A stretch of DNA of 61,338 nt, filler included. It is 4 parts of 4 records of this genome, joined end to end, with 100 filler letters (N's around TTAATTAATTAA, not from the genome) between each part and the next. Parts side by side here need not be neighbours in the genome. Positions count along the whole stretch, not along the records: positions 35,301 to 57,418 come from SRR20825010_5705; 3 more parts are not named here. One strand, given 5' to 3'. Below, piece by piece: positions 39,245-48,084 of the stretch. The notes under the pieces are model-generated. The model did no database searches. It saw nothing but the letters and a program-made list of their open reading frames with translations, and had not been told where the DNA came from. The translations under genes and the position numbers were made by a program. Every line of letters begins with the position of its first letter. Position 1 is the stretch's first letter.

Positions 39245-40366
39245 ATGAAAAACATTTACATCAAACTCACAGGTGTACTATGCCTGTGGATTATTAGTAA
39301 TACATCATCCCATGCACAAGGTTGTGTTGCCATTCGTTCCGGTTGTGGAGCAAATGTGGGAGGTGGAAGCATTTTACAAAAAGGCCAATGGCAAACAGGC
39401 ACCAACCTCCGCTACTTCCATTCTTACAAGCATTTTAGAGGGAAACACGAAGAAACGGAACGTGTGGAACTGGGGACAGAAGTTATCAATAATTCCTTCT
39501 TTCTTGATCTGCAACTGAGTTATGCACTAAGTGATCGATTGAGTGCGAATTTTGTTTTGCCATTGGTTTACCATACCCGATCTTCAATGTACGAACATGG
39601 AGGCAATCCTCCGAATGGCCTTGGAGACAGGCATGAAACGGGTTCATCTGGGTTGGCCGATATTAGAATTGGCGCATCCTATTGGCTACTCAGCCCCGAA
39701 AATCACACCGACTTCAATGTTTCACTTGGCCTAGGAATTAAGCTGCCTTCTGGAAACTATCGTGCCGAAGACACCTTTTATAACCAAGGGGCTAACAAGA
39801 ATGAAACAATTATTTCCGGAGTTGATCAATCCATCCAGCCAGGTGACGGTGGACTTGGATTCACGTTTGAATCTCAGGGGTTTTTATCTCTTTCCGATCG
39901 TGTGACTCTGTCGGGTACGCTTTATTATCTAATCAACCCAAGGGAGTATTACACACTGGAAACCAGAGGAAGCACAAGGGAATTTTCTGTCCCTGATCAA
40001 TATGCCGCCCGTCTCGGTGGACTGGTTATGTTACCGATTCACGGTTTATACTTCTATGGGGGCGCACGCATGGAAGGCGTGCCTTCAAGCGATTTAATTG
40101 GGGGTGATGAAGGATTTAGGCGTCCGGGATACGTCGTTTCCCTTGAACCGGGCGTTAGCTACGGATTTAGAAATGCTTCATTCAACCTGACCGTACCAAT
40201 CGCAATAGAGCGAAATCGCACCCAAAATTTTTCTGATAAGCAAAATTCAAGTCACGGTGATGCTGCCTTCGCAGACTACCTGATCAATTTTGGATTTTCC
40301 TATCGATTTGGAGGCAAATCACAACCAGTAATTAAATCGGTATCACCGCCTATTGATATCAAGTAA
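39245..40366 (+). CDS. Outer-membrane beta-barrel, putative transporter family
   Basis: Signal peptide then QGCVAIRSGCG; GLADIRIG, GIKLPSG, QPGDG, FRRPGY; near-terminal INFGFSYRF beta-signal. Confidence 0.75.
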   Translation: MKNIYIKLTGVLCLWIISNTSSHAQGCVAIRSGCGANVGGGSILQKGQWQTGTNLRYFHSYKHFRGKHEETERVELGTEVINNSFFLDLQLSYALSDRLSANFVLPLVYHTRSSMYEHGGNPPNGLGDRHETGSSGLADIRIGASYWLLSPENHTDFNVSLGLGIKLPSGNYRAEDTFYNQGANKNETIISGVDQSIQPGDGGLGFTFESQGFLSLSDRVTLSGTLYYLINPREYYTLETRGSTREFSVPDQYAARLGGLVMLPIHGLYFYGGARMEGVPSSDLIGGDEGFRRPGYVVSLEPGVSYGFRNASFNLTVPIAIERNRTQNFSDKQNSSHGDAAFADYLINFGFSYRFGGKSQPVIKSVSPPIDIK

Positions 40367-40390
40367 AGATCAATCGCCAATGTTTCCAGG

Positions 40391-40423
40391 AAACCTCCGG
40401 CCATTTTGTCGGAGGTTTTTTTT
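40391..40423 (+). terminator. Intrinsic terminator
   Basis: AAACCTCCGGC-catttt-GTCGGAGGTTTTTTTT. Confidence 0.85.
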
Positions 40424-40695
40424 CAACAAGGTTCAGGTGTGAAATGAGGTTTTGAACTGAAAATTTAACGAGGGTTCTCAAAATCAACGTCTTCACTGTA
40501 TTTATACCCATGCCAAACATAGATGCGAAGAATCATACTGAACAACTACTAGGTTAAATAAATGGTATTTGCTTCCTTGAGAAGGTAGTTTATATAATCT
40601 AGAAAAACTTGAAAAGTCGTTTAGGAAGATTGCCTAATTTTAACACAAACCCGTTTTAAAAATAAACCGCAAAAAAACTCCCGATGACAAGAATC

Positions 40696-41493
40696 TCAAA
40701 ACCCAAATTTCTTAGCAAAATAAGTATCCTTTATATTATCAGGGTTAAATCCCAATTTTGACTTAATCTTCTCAGCTTTCCTTGATTCAATAGACAAGCT
40801 CTTAAATAACTCATCAATAAGTCTCTTGGAATTCAAAATCTTGAGGAACATTTCCTTATCTCGATATGCAGTGTTTATTAATTTGAAATAAACATATTCC
40901 TTGTCTATAATCTCATCAAAAAAATCTAAGATATCATTGAGGTCGTTCTCCGGTGAGCGTATAAAATATTTTAATGCTATACCTTCAAGCTCAGATTTTT
41001 CTTTCAGTAGCTCCCCTTTAAAAAAATCATGAACAAGTTTGGAGTTTTGATACAATAGAAGAGGTGGCAATGTATTGTGTAACATCCCATCTTTCTTTTC
41101 AATTATCTGAATAAGCTGAAAAATTTGAAGATCATTTAATTCTAAAGGTTGCTGTAGCTCTAAAGTATTTAAACCCCTTAGTCTTATCAAACGATCACTA
41201 TTTTGAATATCTTCTATAGCTTGTTCAATCCTGTTTTTCCTATTTTCATCCATATAAGATTGAATATTATCATCAATCAGTGAACGAAGTTCATCCTGAG
41301 GCTTGATTACGAAAAAGTATCCCAGAATGGGAATAATAATCCCAAAGACAGTTAATAGAAGACCAAAAACAGTTACTGCCGAATTAAGATGTGAAATCGT
41401 ATCGGATGCTTGTTTAATCCTTTCAAGCAGAATCTCCTCCCTATACAATTTATCCTCTGATTGGGTCGGAGTTGAAGTCTTTTTCTTTGTCAT
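40696..41493 (-). CDS. AT-rich hypothetical protein with one TM segment and helical C-domain
   Basis: 265-aa ORF; TM VFGLLLTVFGIIIPILGYFFVI; visibly AT-richer than flanking genes. Confidence 0.65.
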   Translation of the reverse strand: MTKKKTSTPTQSEDKLYREEILLERIKQASDTISHLNSAVTVFGLLLTVFGIIIPILGYFFVIKPQDELRSLIDDNIQSYMDENRKNRIEQAIEDIQNSDRLIRLRGLNTLELQQPLELNDLQIFQLIQIIEKKDGMLHNTLPPLLLYQNSKLVHDFFKGELLKEKSELEGIALKYFIRSPENDLNDILDFFDEIIDKEYVYFKLINTAYRDKEMFLKILNSKRLIDELFKSLSIESRKAEKIKSKLGFNPDNIKDTYFAKKFGF

Positions 41494-41600
41494 TTAGGAT
41501 TAAATATACCGATTTTGTGGAATTGAAGTGAAGCAAAATCAACCATCCTTTTCAAATAGCAGAGATCGCATCAAGGCGATTAATCAAAATCTCTCAAACC

Positions 41601-41643
41601 AAAACAGGCGTTTCATTCAACAAAAAAACAAAACGCCTGTTTT
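41601..41643. repeat. 13-bp inverted repeat (terminator- or REP-like) downstream of gntP
   Basis: AAAACAGGCGTTT ... AAACGCCTGTTTT with a 17-nt loop. Confidence 0.65.
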
Positions 41644-41666
41644 TCAAAAGCCGAACCAGGAACGCA

Positions 41667-42980
41667 TCAAACAAACAGATCCAAAATCAAAACCCCAACC
41701 AGTCCCACCACCGAAACGATGGTCTCCATCACCGACCAGGATTTGATGGTGTCTTTGATGCTCAAGTTGAAGTATTCTTTGTACATCCAAAAGCCGGAAT
41801 CGTTCACATGGGAAAACAACAAACTCCCCGCTCCTACGGATAAAACCATCAGGTTCGGGTCGACACCAATCTGCCCCATCACAGGAGCCAAAATGCCGGC
41901 TGCCGTGAGTCCCGCCACGGTAGCAGAACCGATGCATACACGAATAATCGCCGCAATGAGCCAACCAAGCAAAAGCGGATGGATGTTCCAGTCCTGAAGT
42001 CCGGCCACCAGTTCGGTACTCACTCCACTGACTACAAAAACCTGCTTGAGCGCCCCGGCTCCAGCCACAATCAGGAGGATGGGAGAAATGTCTTTGATCG
42101 CTTCGGTGTAAAAACCCATGACGCCTTTCATGCCATGTCCTTGTTTCAAACCAATGGAAAAAGTAGCATACGCCAAAGAAAAAATCATGACGATGGAGGG
42201 ATTTCCGATAAAACTCAGAAGTTCAGCCGTGGTGCCCGTAGGTTTCCACTGAAGCTGGATTAACGCGGCAGTGGCCAATAACAACACCGGAAGTAAGGCC
42301 GAAAAGAAGCTATTAAAAGCACCCGGAAGTTGATCTTCCGGCATGGGTTCGGCCTGAAAGGTTTTGAGCGGTTTGGCATCCATCTTCTTTAGGGTCTTAG
42401 CAAAAACCGGCCCTGCCAAAAGGATGGCCGGAATGGCCAGACAAAAGCCGTAAACAAGGGTAAGCCCCATATCCGCATTGAGCTGGCCTACCAGCGCCGT
42501 TGGTGAAGGATGAGGTGGCAGAAAACCGTGGGTCACTGACAAAGCCGCCAGCATGGGAATGCCGATGTAGACGGCATTCAACTTATACTGATAAGAAAGC
42601 GCAAAGATGAGTGGCACCAGAAGCACAAAACCGACATTGTAGAAAAGCGGAATGCCAACCACAAACCCGGTAGTCATAAGCGCCCATTGAATGTTCTTTT
42701 CTCCAAAAACACCCATCAGCACATTCGTGATTTTTTGGGCTGCTCCGGTTTCGGCCACCAGTTTGCCGAGCATGGCACCAAGTACTATGACGATCACCAG
42801 CCCGCCGAGCATTCCTCCTATTCCATTTTCCACAATCCCTGTAACTTCACTGAGTGGCACTCCCAGTAAAAGTCCCGTAAGAATGGAAACAGCGATAAAA
42901 GCCAGAAAGGGACTCAGCTTGCCCCAGGTGATTAGCAGCACCAAAATGACGATGCAAAAGAGAATGATTAGGAGTGACAT
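41667..42980 (-). CDS. Gluconate:H+ symporter (GntP family)
   Basis: GAMLGKLVAETGAA, THGFLPPHPSP, GSATVA, SHVNDSGFW. Confidence 0.93.
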   Translation of the reverse strand: MSLLIILFCIVILVLLITWGKLSPFLAFIAVSILTGLLLGVPLSEVTGIVENGIGGMLGGLVIVIVLGAMLGKLVAETGAAQKITNVLMGVFGEKNIQWALMTTGFVVGIPLFYNVGFVLLVPLIFALSYQYKLNAVYIGIPMLAALSVTHGFLPPHPSPTALVGQLNADMGLTLVYGFCLAIPAILLAGPVFAKTLKKMDAKPLKTFQAEPMPEDQLPGAFNSFFSALLPVLLLATAALIQLQWKPTGTTAELLSFIGNPSIVMIFSLAYATFSIGLKQGHGMKGVMGFYTEAIKDISPILLIVAGAGALKQVFVVSGVSTELVAGLQDWNIHPLLLGWLIAAIIRVCIGSATVAGLTAAGILAPVMGQIGVDPNLMVLSVGAGSLLFSHVNDSGFWMYKEYFNLSIKDTIKSWSVMETIVSVVGLVGVLILDLFV

Positions 42981-43133
42981 AAGGTTTTAATGATCGGAAT
43001 TAACATGGTTTATCAAACCAATATAGCTTTTTCGCATAAATCCTGAATCACTCAGAACCAATCAGATACATCTTATACCCTAACTAATCCGATTCTCCAT
43101 TGGATTTCGGCTATTGATGGGCAACTTTGCCCC

Positions 43134-44315
43134 ATGCTTTCGAACCGAGAACTTTTCCTGAACAACCTGGCACAAACCACCAATTTCCCTTTACTGATCG
43201 AAATTGAGCGTGCGGAAGGCGTTTATATGTACGGCAAGGAAAAGACCTACATGGATTTGATTTCTGGTATTGGCGTGAGCAATGTGGGTCACCGGCACCC
43301 GAAAGTCGTGCAGGCGGTGAAGGATCAGGCAGATAAATACATGCACCTGATGGTGTATGGCGAATTCGTGCAGGCACCTCAGGCGAAACTGGCGGAGGCA
43401 CTGGTTGCGACACTTCCTGATCCGCTTTCTTCTGTCTACCTGGTCAATTCGGGAAGTGAGGCGGTAGAAGGTGCACTGAAACTGGCCAAACGTTACACAG
43501 GAAAACCCAATATCATCTCCTGCAAAGATGCCTATCACGGTTCCTCGCAAGGTGCTTTATCAGCAGGAGGAAATGAGTTTTTCAAGCAAAATTACCGCCC
43601 GCTGATTCCGGGACATTATGCCATCCGATTCAATGAATTGGCTGATCTGGAAACAATTGATCAGAACACGGCTGCAGTCATCATCGAAACGGTGCAGGGA
43701 GAAGCAGGTGTGCGTATCGCAGACTCAGTGTATTTCAAGGCTGTCAAAAAACGATGCGAGGAAGTGGGCGCTTTATTGATCCTCGACGAAATCCAGGCCG
43801 GATTTGGAAGAACGGGAACCTTCTGGGCATTTGAGCAGTACGGAATCGTACCGGACATCCTGCTCAGTGCCAAAGGCATGGGTGGAGGCATGCCGATCGG
43901 CTGTTTCATCAGCTCATCTGACATCATGGGCGCCTTTAAAGAAAACCCAATCCTTGGCCACATCACTACATTTGGGGGACATCCGGTCAGTGCGGCAGCA
44001 TCTCTGGCCACTATCGGTATCATTCATGAGGAGAAACTGCTTGAAGGTGTAGCAAAGAAAGCAGCACTTTTCCGAAGTTTATTGGTTCATGAACGGATCA
44101 AGGAAATTCGTAATCAAGGCTTATTAATGGCGGTTGAGTTTGAATCGTTTGACGTGCTCAAGGTCATCATTGATCGGGCCATTGAAATGGGTGTAGTGAC
44201 GGACTGGTTTTTGTTTTGCGACAATTCCATGCGCATTGCCCCACCGCTCACCATCACCGAAGAGGAAATAAAAAAAGCCTGCAAGATTATCCTGCAGGCC
44301 ATTGATTATCTTTGA
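43134..44315 (+). CDS. Class III PLP aminotransferase (acetylornithine aminotransferase-like)
   Basis: NSGSEAVEGALKLA, ETVQGEAG, DEIQAGFGRTG, AKGMGGGMP, TTFGGHP. Confidence 0.9.
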   Translation: MLSNRELFLNNLAQTTNFPLLIEIERAEGVYMYGKEKTYMDLISGIGVSNVGHRHPKVVQAVKDQADKYMHLMVYGEFVQAPQAKLAEALVATLPDPLSSVYLVNSGSEAVEGALKLAKRYTGKPNIISCKDAYHGSSQGALSAGGNEFFKQNYRPLIPGHYAIRFNELADLETIDQNTAAVIIETVQGEAGVRIADSVYFKAVKKRCEEVGALLILDEIQAGFGRTGTFWAFEQYGIVPDILLSAKGMGGGMPIGCFISSSDIMGAFKENPILGHITTFGGHPVSAAASLATIGIIHEEKLLEGVAKKAALFRSLLVHERIKEIRNQGLLMAVEFESFDVLKVIIDRAIEMGVVTDWFLFCDNSMRIAPPLTITEEEIKKACKIILQAIDYL

Positions 44316-44326
44316 GAATTGGTTTC

Positions 44327-45499
44327 TTAAAGGAGGTTTTCCAACTTCAAGTCAATTTTCTCTACGCCTGATTTCGTTTTCACTTCCAACTTCACAGTCG
44401 TTCCGGGCACTTTCAGCAGATTTTCTATTTCCACCAATGTAAGATCGGAAACCGCTTTTCCATTGATACCGATTAGTTCATCTTCTGCATTGATCCCAGC
44501 CAATTTTGCTGGGCCTTCCGGCTGCACCTGATGGATCATCACCTTGCTCATATCCGCGCTCATCTGCACATCCAACCCACTGCAATTCACATAAAAAGGA
44601 TTCGAAACACTCGCATTTGGCTCGAAATAAAATACAGCATTTTTATAGTCAAAAACGATGTTGAACCGGCTCAATACTTTATTCCCTAAGATTCCTGAAA
44701 TCTTTTTATCCGCCTGCAGCCCATGATTTCCCTGACTAATCCCAACCGGAATGTTCTTGAATTCATAAAAATTCAAATCCAATGAGTTGATGCGTCCCTC
44801 CGAATGCTTGGTCTCCTTGTCTTCCACCCCTTTCACCAGATAGGAATAGTGATTTCCGGTTTTAGAAAGCAATTTGTTTTCAGCAGCAAAAGGAGTGTTA
44901 AAATCCAAAGACGTTCCTGCACCCGTATTCACGTAGAACGTTCCACTAAGTCTTTGATCGTTCGCCAGGGTAACAGATGCCTCAATCACAGGGATAGAAT
45001 TATGGAGTTTGAAGGCTACTTTTTTACCTGTTTTAGGGAATTGATCCGGACTGTACACTTCCAATAAACCGTCAGTATAATTCAGCCTGGCTGCATGATG
45101 AGCCAGCAAATCATAGCCGATGATACCTTCAATTTTTCGTCCAATACTGATGGATAAATGGTTCAGGTTAAATGCTTCAATCGTGATATCAGATTCCAAC
45201 TTAATATCACCCATTTGAATTTTATTGTGCTTGATTTTGGAGCCTGCAATGGTGCCTTGAGCTCCAGCCGCTGTTCCCTTATGCGACAAGTCCAGTTTCA
45301 ACTGCTTAGCTGCCTCCACATCGATCACCGTGATGCCCGCGCCAGAGTCGAAGATAAAATCGAGCGGTTCGGAACCGTCCACACTCAATTGGATAAAAAT
45401 ATGATCACCAAACAACTCGAATGGTGCGGTAGCTACGGGAGTCTGACTAAACCCATAAAACGATGAGATTAATAGTCCGATTACAAAAATTCTTTTCAT
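44327..45499 (-). CDS. Secreted two-lobed retropepsin-like aspartyl protease with C-terminal PDZ domain
   Basis: FIFDSGA..GIIGYD; second lobe YVNTGAG..GILGNK; PDZ GPAKLAGINAEDELIGING; start MKRIFV. Confidence 0.85.
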   Translation of the reverse strand: MKRIFVIGLLISSFYGFSQTPVATAPFELFGDHIFIQLSVDGSEPLDFIFDSGAGITVIDVEAAKQLKLDLSHKGTAAGAQGTIAGSKIKHNKIQMGDIKLESDITIEAFNLNHLSISIGRKIEGIIGYDLLAHHAARLNYTDGLLEVYSPDQFPKTGKKVAFKLHNSIPVIEASVTLANDQRLSGTFYVNTGAGTSLDFNTPFAAENKLLSKTGNHYSYLVKGVEDKETKHSEGRINSLDLNFYEFKNIPVGISQGNHGLQADKKISGILGNKVLSRFNIVFDYKNAVFYFEPNASVSNPFYVNCSGLDVQMSADMSKVMIHQVQPEGPAKLAGINAEDELIGINGKAVSDLTLVEIENLLKVPGTTVKLEVKTKSGVEKIDLKLENLL

Positions 45500-45660
45500 A
45501 GGATTGTTGCTTGTTTCTTTAAGAGTTTTCGCCGATGAAACCGTCTTCAAAGCGACAAAACCCAAATTCTGTTCAATTTAAAACAGATTTCAATCTTAAC
45601 TCTGCAAATACCTTTAATTTTCCATTTCCAAAAACAACAAAAACAATTTCGCAGATTTTC

Positions 45661-46479
45661 ATGTTTGAAAAAGTAAAAAAAGCAACCGAATTCCTTCGCA
45701 GCAAAGGCTATGATCAAGCCAAGACCGGAATTATCCTCGGAACAGGTTTGGGGGGCCTTATTGATGAAATAGAAGTTATCACAAGCATCAACTACTCCGA
45801 CATCCCTCATTTTCCGGTTTCAACAGTGGAGTCCCATAAGGGGAAACTTATCCTTGGCAAACTGGAAGGACAGTGTATAATAGCTATGCAAGGGCGCTTT
45901 CATTACTATGAGGGTTATTCCATGGCTGAGGTTGTATTGCCCGTTCGGGTGCTCCACTCGCTTGGAATCGAGCGGTTACTCATCTCCAATGCCGCCGGAA
46001 ACATGAATTTGAATTGGAAAAAAGGTGAGTTGATGCTCATCGAAGACCACATCAACATGCAGCCGAACAATCCTTTGCGAGGAAACGAAGCTGGGAAGTT
46101 TGGCCCAATTTTCACCGACATGAGCTGTCCGTATAATACTGAAATTAATCAAGCGCTCCTCTTAGCAGCAAAAACATTAAATATCAAACTCAACCAAGGG
46201 GTATATGTAGCAGTAGCCGGGCCAAACCTGGAAACCCGGGCTGAATATCGATACCTGAAAAGCGCCGGAGCAGATATCGTCGGCATGTCCACTGTCCCCG
46301 AAGTAATAGCAGCCAATCAACTGGGGCTTCCGGTGGCAGCCATATCTGTGCTTACCGATGATTGCGACCCTGATAACCTTGCCCCCATCAATATTGATGA
46401 AATTATCAAAACGGCCATGCTGGCCGAAAAAAAACTGGTGGCCATCATCAAGGAATATTTTAAAACATTGAAGGCTTAA
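45661..46479 (+). CDS. Purine-nucleoside phosphorylase (trimeric type)
   Basis: GIILGTGLG, QGRFHYYEG, NAAG, GPNLETRAE, VGMSTVPE; start MFEKVK. Confidence 0.93.
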   Translation: MFEKVKKATEFLRSKGYDQAKTGIILGTGLGGLIDEIEVITSINYSDIPHFPVSTVESHKGKLILGKLEGQCIIAMQGRFHYYEGYSMAEVVLPVRVLHSLGIERLLISNAAGNMNLNWKKGELMLIEDHINMQPNNPLRGNEAGKFGPIFTDMSCPYNTEINQALLLAAKTLNIKLNQGVYVAVAGPNLETRAEYRYLKSAGADIVGMSTVPEVIAANQLGLPVAAISVLTDDCDPDNLAPINIDEIIKTAMLAEKKLVAIIKEYFKTLKA

Positions 46480-46494
46480 TTAAAAAGAGGCATT

Positions 46495-47175
46495 ATGCAC
46501 AAGGTAAAAATTGGAGAGCATTTCCATATCCCCTACGAGGGAAACAGTTTAAGCACAAATCAAAGCCTTGAAGAATCCATCCGGTTCTATGAGTTCATGG
46601 ATAAGCGACGAACAGTGCGGGACATTTCCTCACAAGAGGTACCCAAAGCGGTTATAGAAAATATCATTCGAACGGCATCAACAGCACCTTCTGGAGCCCA
46701 CAAGCAACCATGGACTTTCTGTGCCATTTCCAATCCCGAGATTAAAAAGCAAATCCGGGCGGCTGCCGAAAAAGAAGAATACGATAGTTACCATGGCCGT
46801 ATGAGTGAGCGATGGCTCAAGGATCTACAGCCCATGGCTACCAATTGGGACAAACCCTTTTTAGAAAAGGCCCCTTGGCTGATCGTGGTTTTTAAGCGGG
46901 CGTACGAAAATGAAGGGGAAGGCAAACAAAACAACTACTATGTAAATGAATCGGTAGGCATTGCATGTGGCCTATTAATTAGCGCAATTCACCATGCAGG
47001 TCTGGTCACCGTGACGCATACTCCATCTCCAATGAACTTTCTTTTATCGATTTTAGAAAGACCGGAAAACGAACGACCTTTTTTAGTTCTCCCTGTGGGC
47101 CATCCGGAAAAAAATGCATTTGTACCCGAACTTACACGTAAGTCTTTGTCTGAGATGGCTAGGTTCTATGAATAA
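46495..47175 (+). CDS. Iodotyrosine deiodinase-like flavoprotein (nitroreductase superfamily)
   Basis: RRTVR, APSGAHKQPW, lid EKEEYDSYHGRMSERWLKDL..TNWDKPFL, YYVNESVGIACG, THTPSPM. Confidence 0.85.
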   Translation: MHKVKIGEHFHIPYEGNSLSTNQSLEESIRFYEFMDKRRTVRDISSQEVPKAVIENIIRTASTAPSGAHKQPWTFCAISNPEIKKQIRAAAEKEEYDSYHGRMSERWLKDLQPMATNWDKPFLEKAPWLIVVFKRAYENEGEGKQNNYYVNESVGIACGLLISAIHHAGLVTVTHTPSPMNFLLSILERPENERPFLVLPVGHPEKNAFVPELTRKSLSEMARFYE

Positions 47176-47291
47176 GGCAGGATTGCACTAGTAATTGGCA
47201 GAATCTTGTTTTTAAAATATGCCATAAATCGCTAATAAACGGTATTTATACGGATTTAATCCCTCCGTTTAAAAAGCTGCCAGCAGGAATA

Positions 47292-47329
47292 TTGGCAGTA
47301 TATGGAAGTCATTTGGCAGTCATTGGAAG
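47292..47329 (+). repeat. Four phased TGG(C/A)AG direct repeats
   Basis: TGGCAG 47293, TGGAAG 47303, TGGCAG 47314, TGGAAG 47324 (spacing 10, 11, 10). Confidence 0.7.
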
Positions 47330-47350
47330 ATTTACCTCATTAGTTTTGTC

Positions 47351-47428
47351 TTATAGTTTCTGAGTTACTCAGAAATCTTGTCTATAGCTGGTTGGGACCC
47401 TGGAAGTAATTCCAGGGTTATTTTTTTT
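47351..47428 (+). ncRNA. Candidate small RNA (two hairpins, ~75 nt)
   Basis: TAGTTTTG -7 element at 47341-47348; hairpin TTTCTGAG-tta-CTCAGAAA within TATAG/CTATA; GGTTGG linker; terminator ACCCTGGAA-gtaa-TTCCAGGGT followed by T8. Confidence 0.45.
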
Positions 47429-47466
47429 CGGGGAATTCAGTATCTTCATCATTCAAAGCCCCTACT

Positions 47467-48084
47467 ATGAAATACATCACAACCGCCCTCCTTCTCTCCT
47501 TCTTTTTTGTTTCTTATTCCCAAAGGGGAAACTCCCTGACCATAGATGAAAAGGGTAAAGCCAAATACCCCGCTAAATCAGGTCAAATCAGTTATACCAT
47601 TTCAGGAGGAGCCACGGGCACTGCTACATTGTATTTCGACCGGAATGGATGGAGGCAGGTGCTCATCAAAGAGATCTCTTTTGAACGCTATGGCATCAAG
47701 AGTACGGAGAAGACCGTCGAATTAACCGATGGGGATTATCAATACAAGGTAAATTTGGATTCAAAGAAAGGGACTAAATCGATAGATTTTAACTGGAGCA
47801 AAATGGCCGCCTATAAAGACAGTGAAGACATCCTTCGGGCAATCATGGAAGATCAAGGCGCTACCAGTACCGGAGACACAGCGTTACTTGACCATACAGT
47901 CACGATCTGGACGTTTAAAGCGGGCACCACAACCACCCTCTGGAATTGGAAAGGGATCGATCTGAAAGAAATAAAATCAGTTGCCGGCCTGAACTATGAA
48001 ATGACCGCCACGGACTTTTTGAAGGACTCACCGATTGATGAGTCTGTGTTTGAACTGCCAGAAGGGATTATCTGGACGGACTAA
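47467..48084 (+). CDS. Secreted hypothetical beta-rich protein
   Basis: 205 aa, signal peptide, WNWKGI and C-terminal FELPEG. Confidence 0.7.
   Translation: MKYITTALLLSFFFVSYSQRGNSLTIDEKGKAKYPAKSGQISYTISGGATGTATLYFDRNGWRQVLIKEISFERYGIKSTEKTVELTDGDYQYKVNLDSKKGTKSIDFNWSKMAAYKDSEDILRAIMEDQGATSTGDTALLDHTVTIWTFKAGTTTTLWNWKGIDLKEIKSVAGLNYEMTATDFLKDSPIDESVFELPEGIIWTD

Noticed and set aside
41528-41997. Short ORFs overlapping the gntP 3' end
   Set aside because: Antisense or alternative frames of gntP and the inverted repeat
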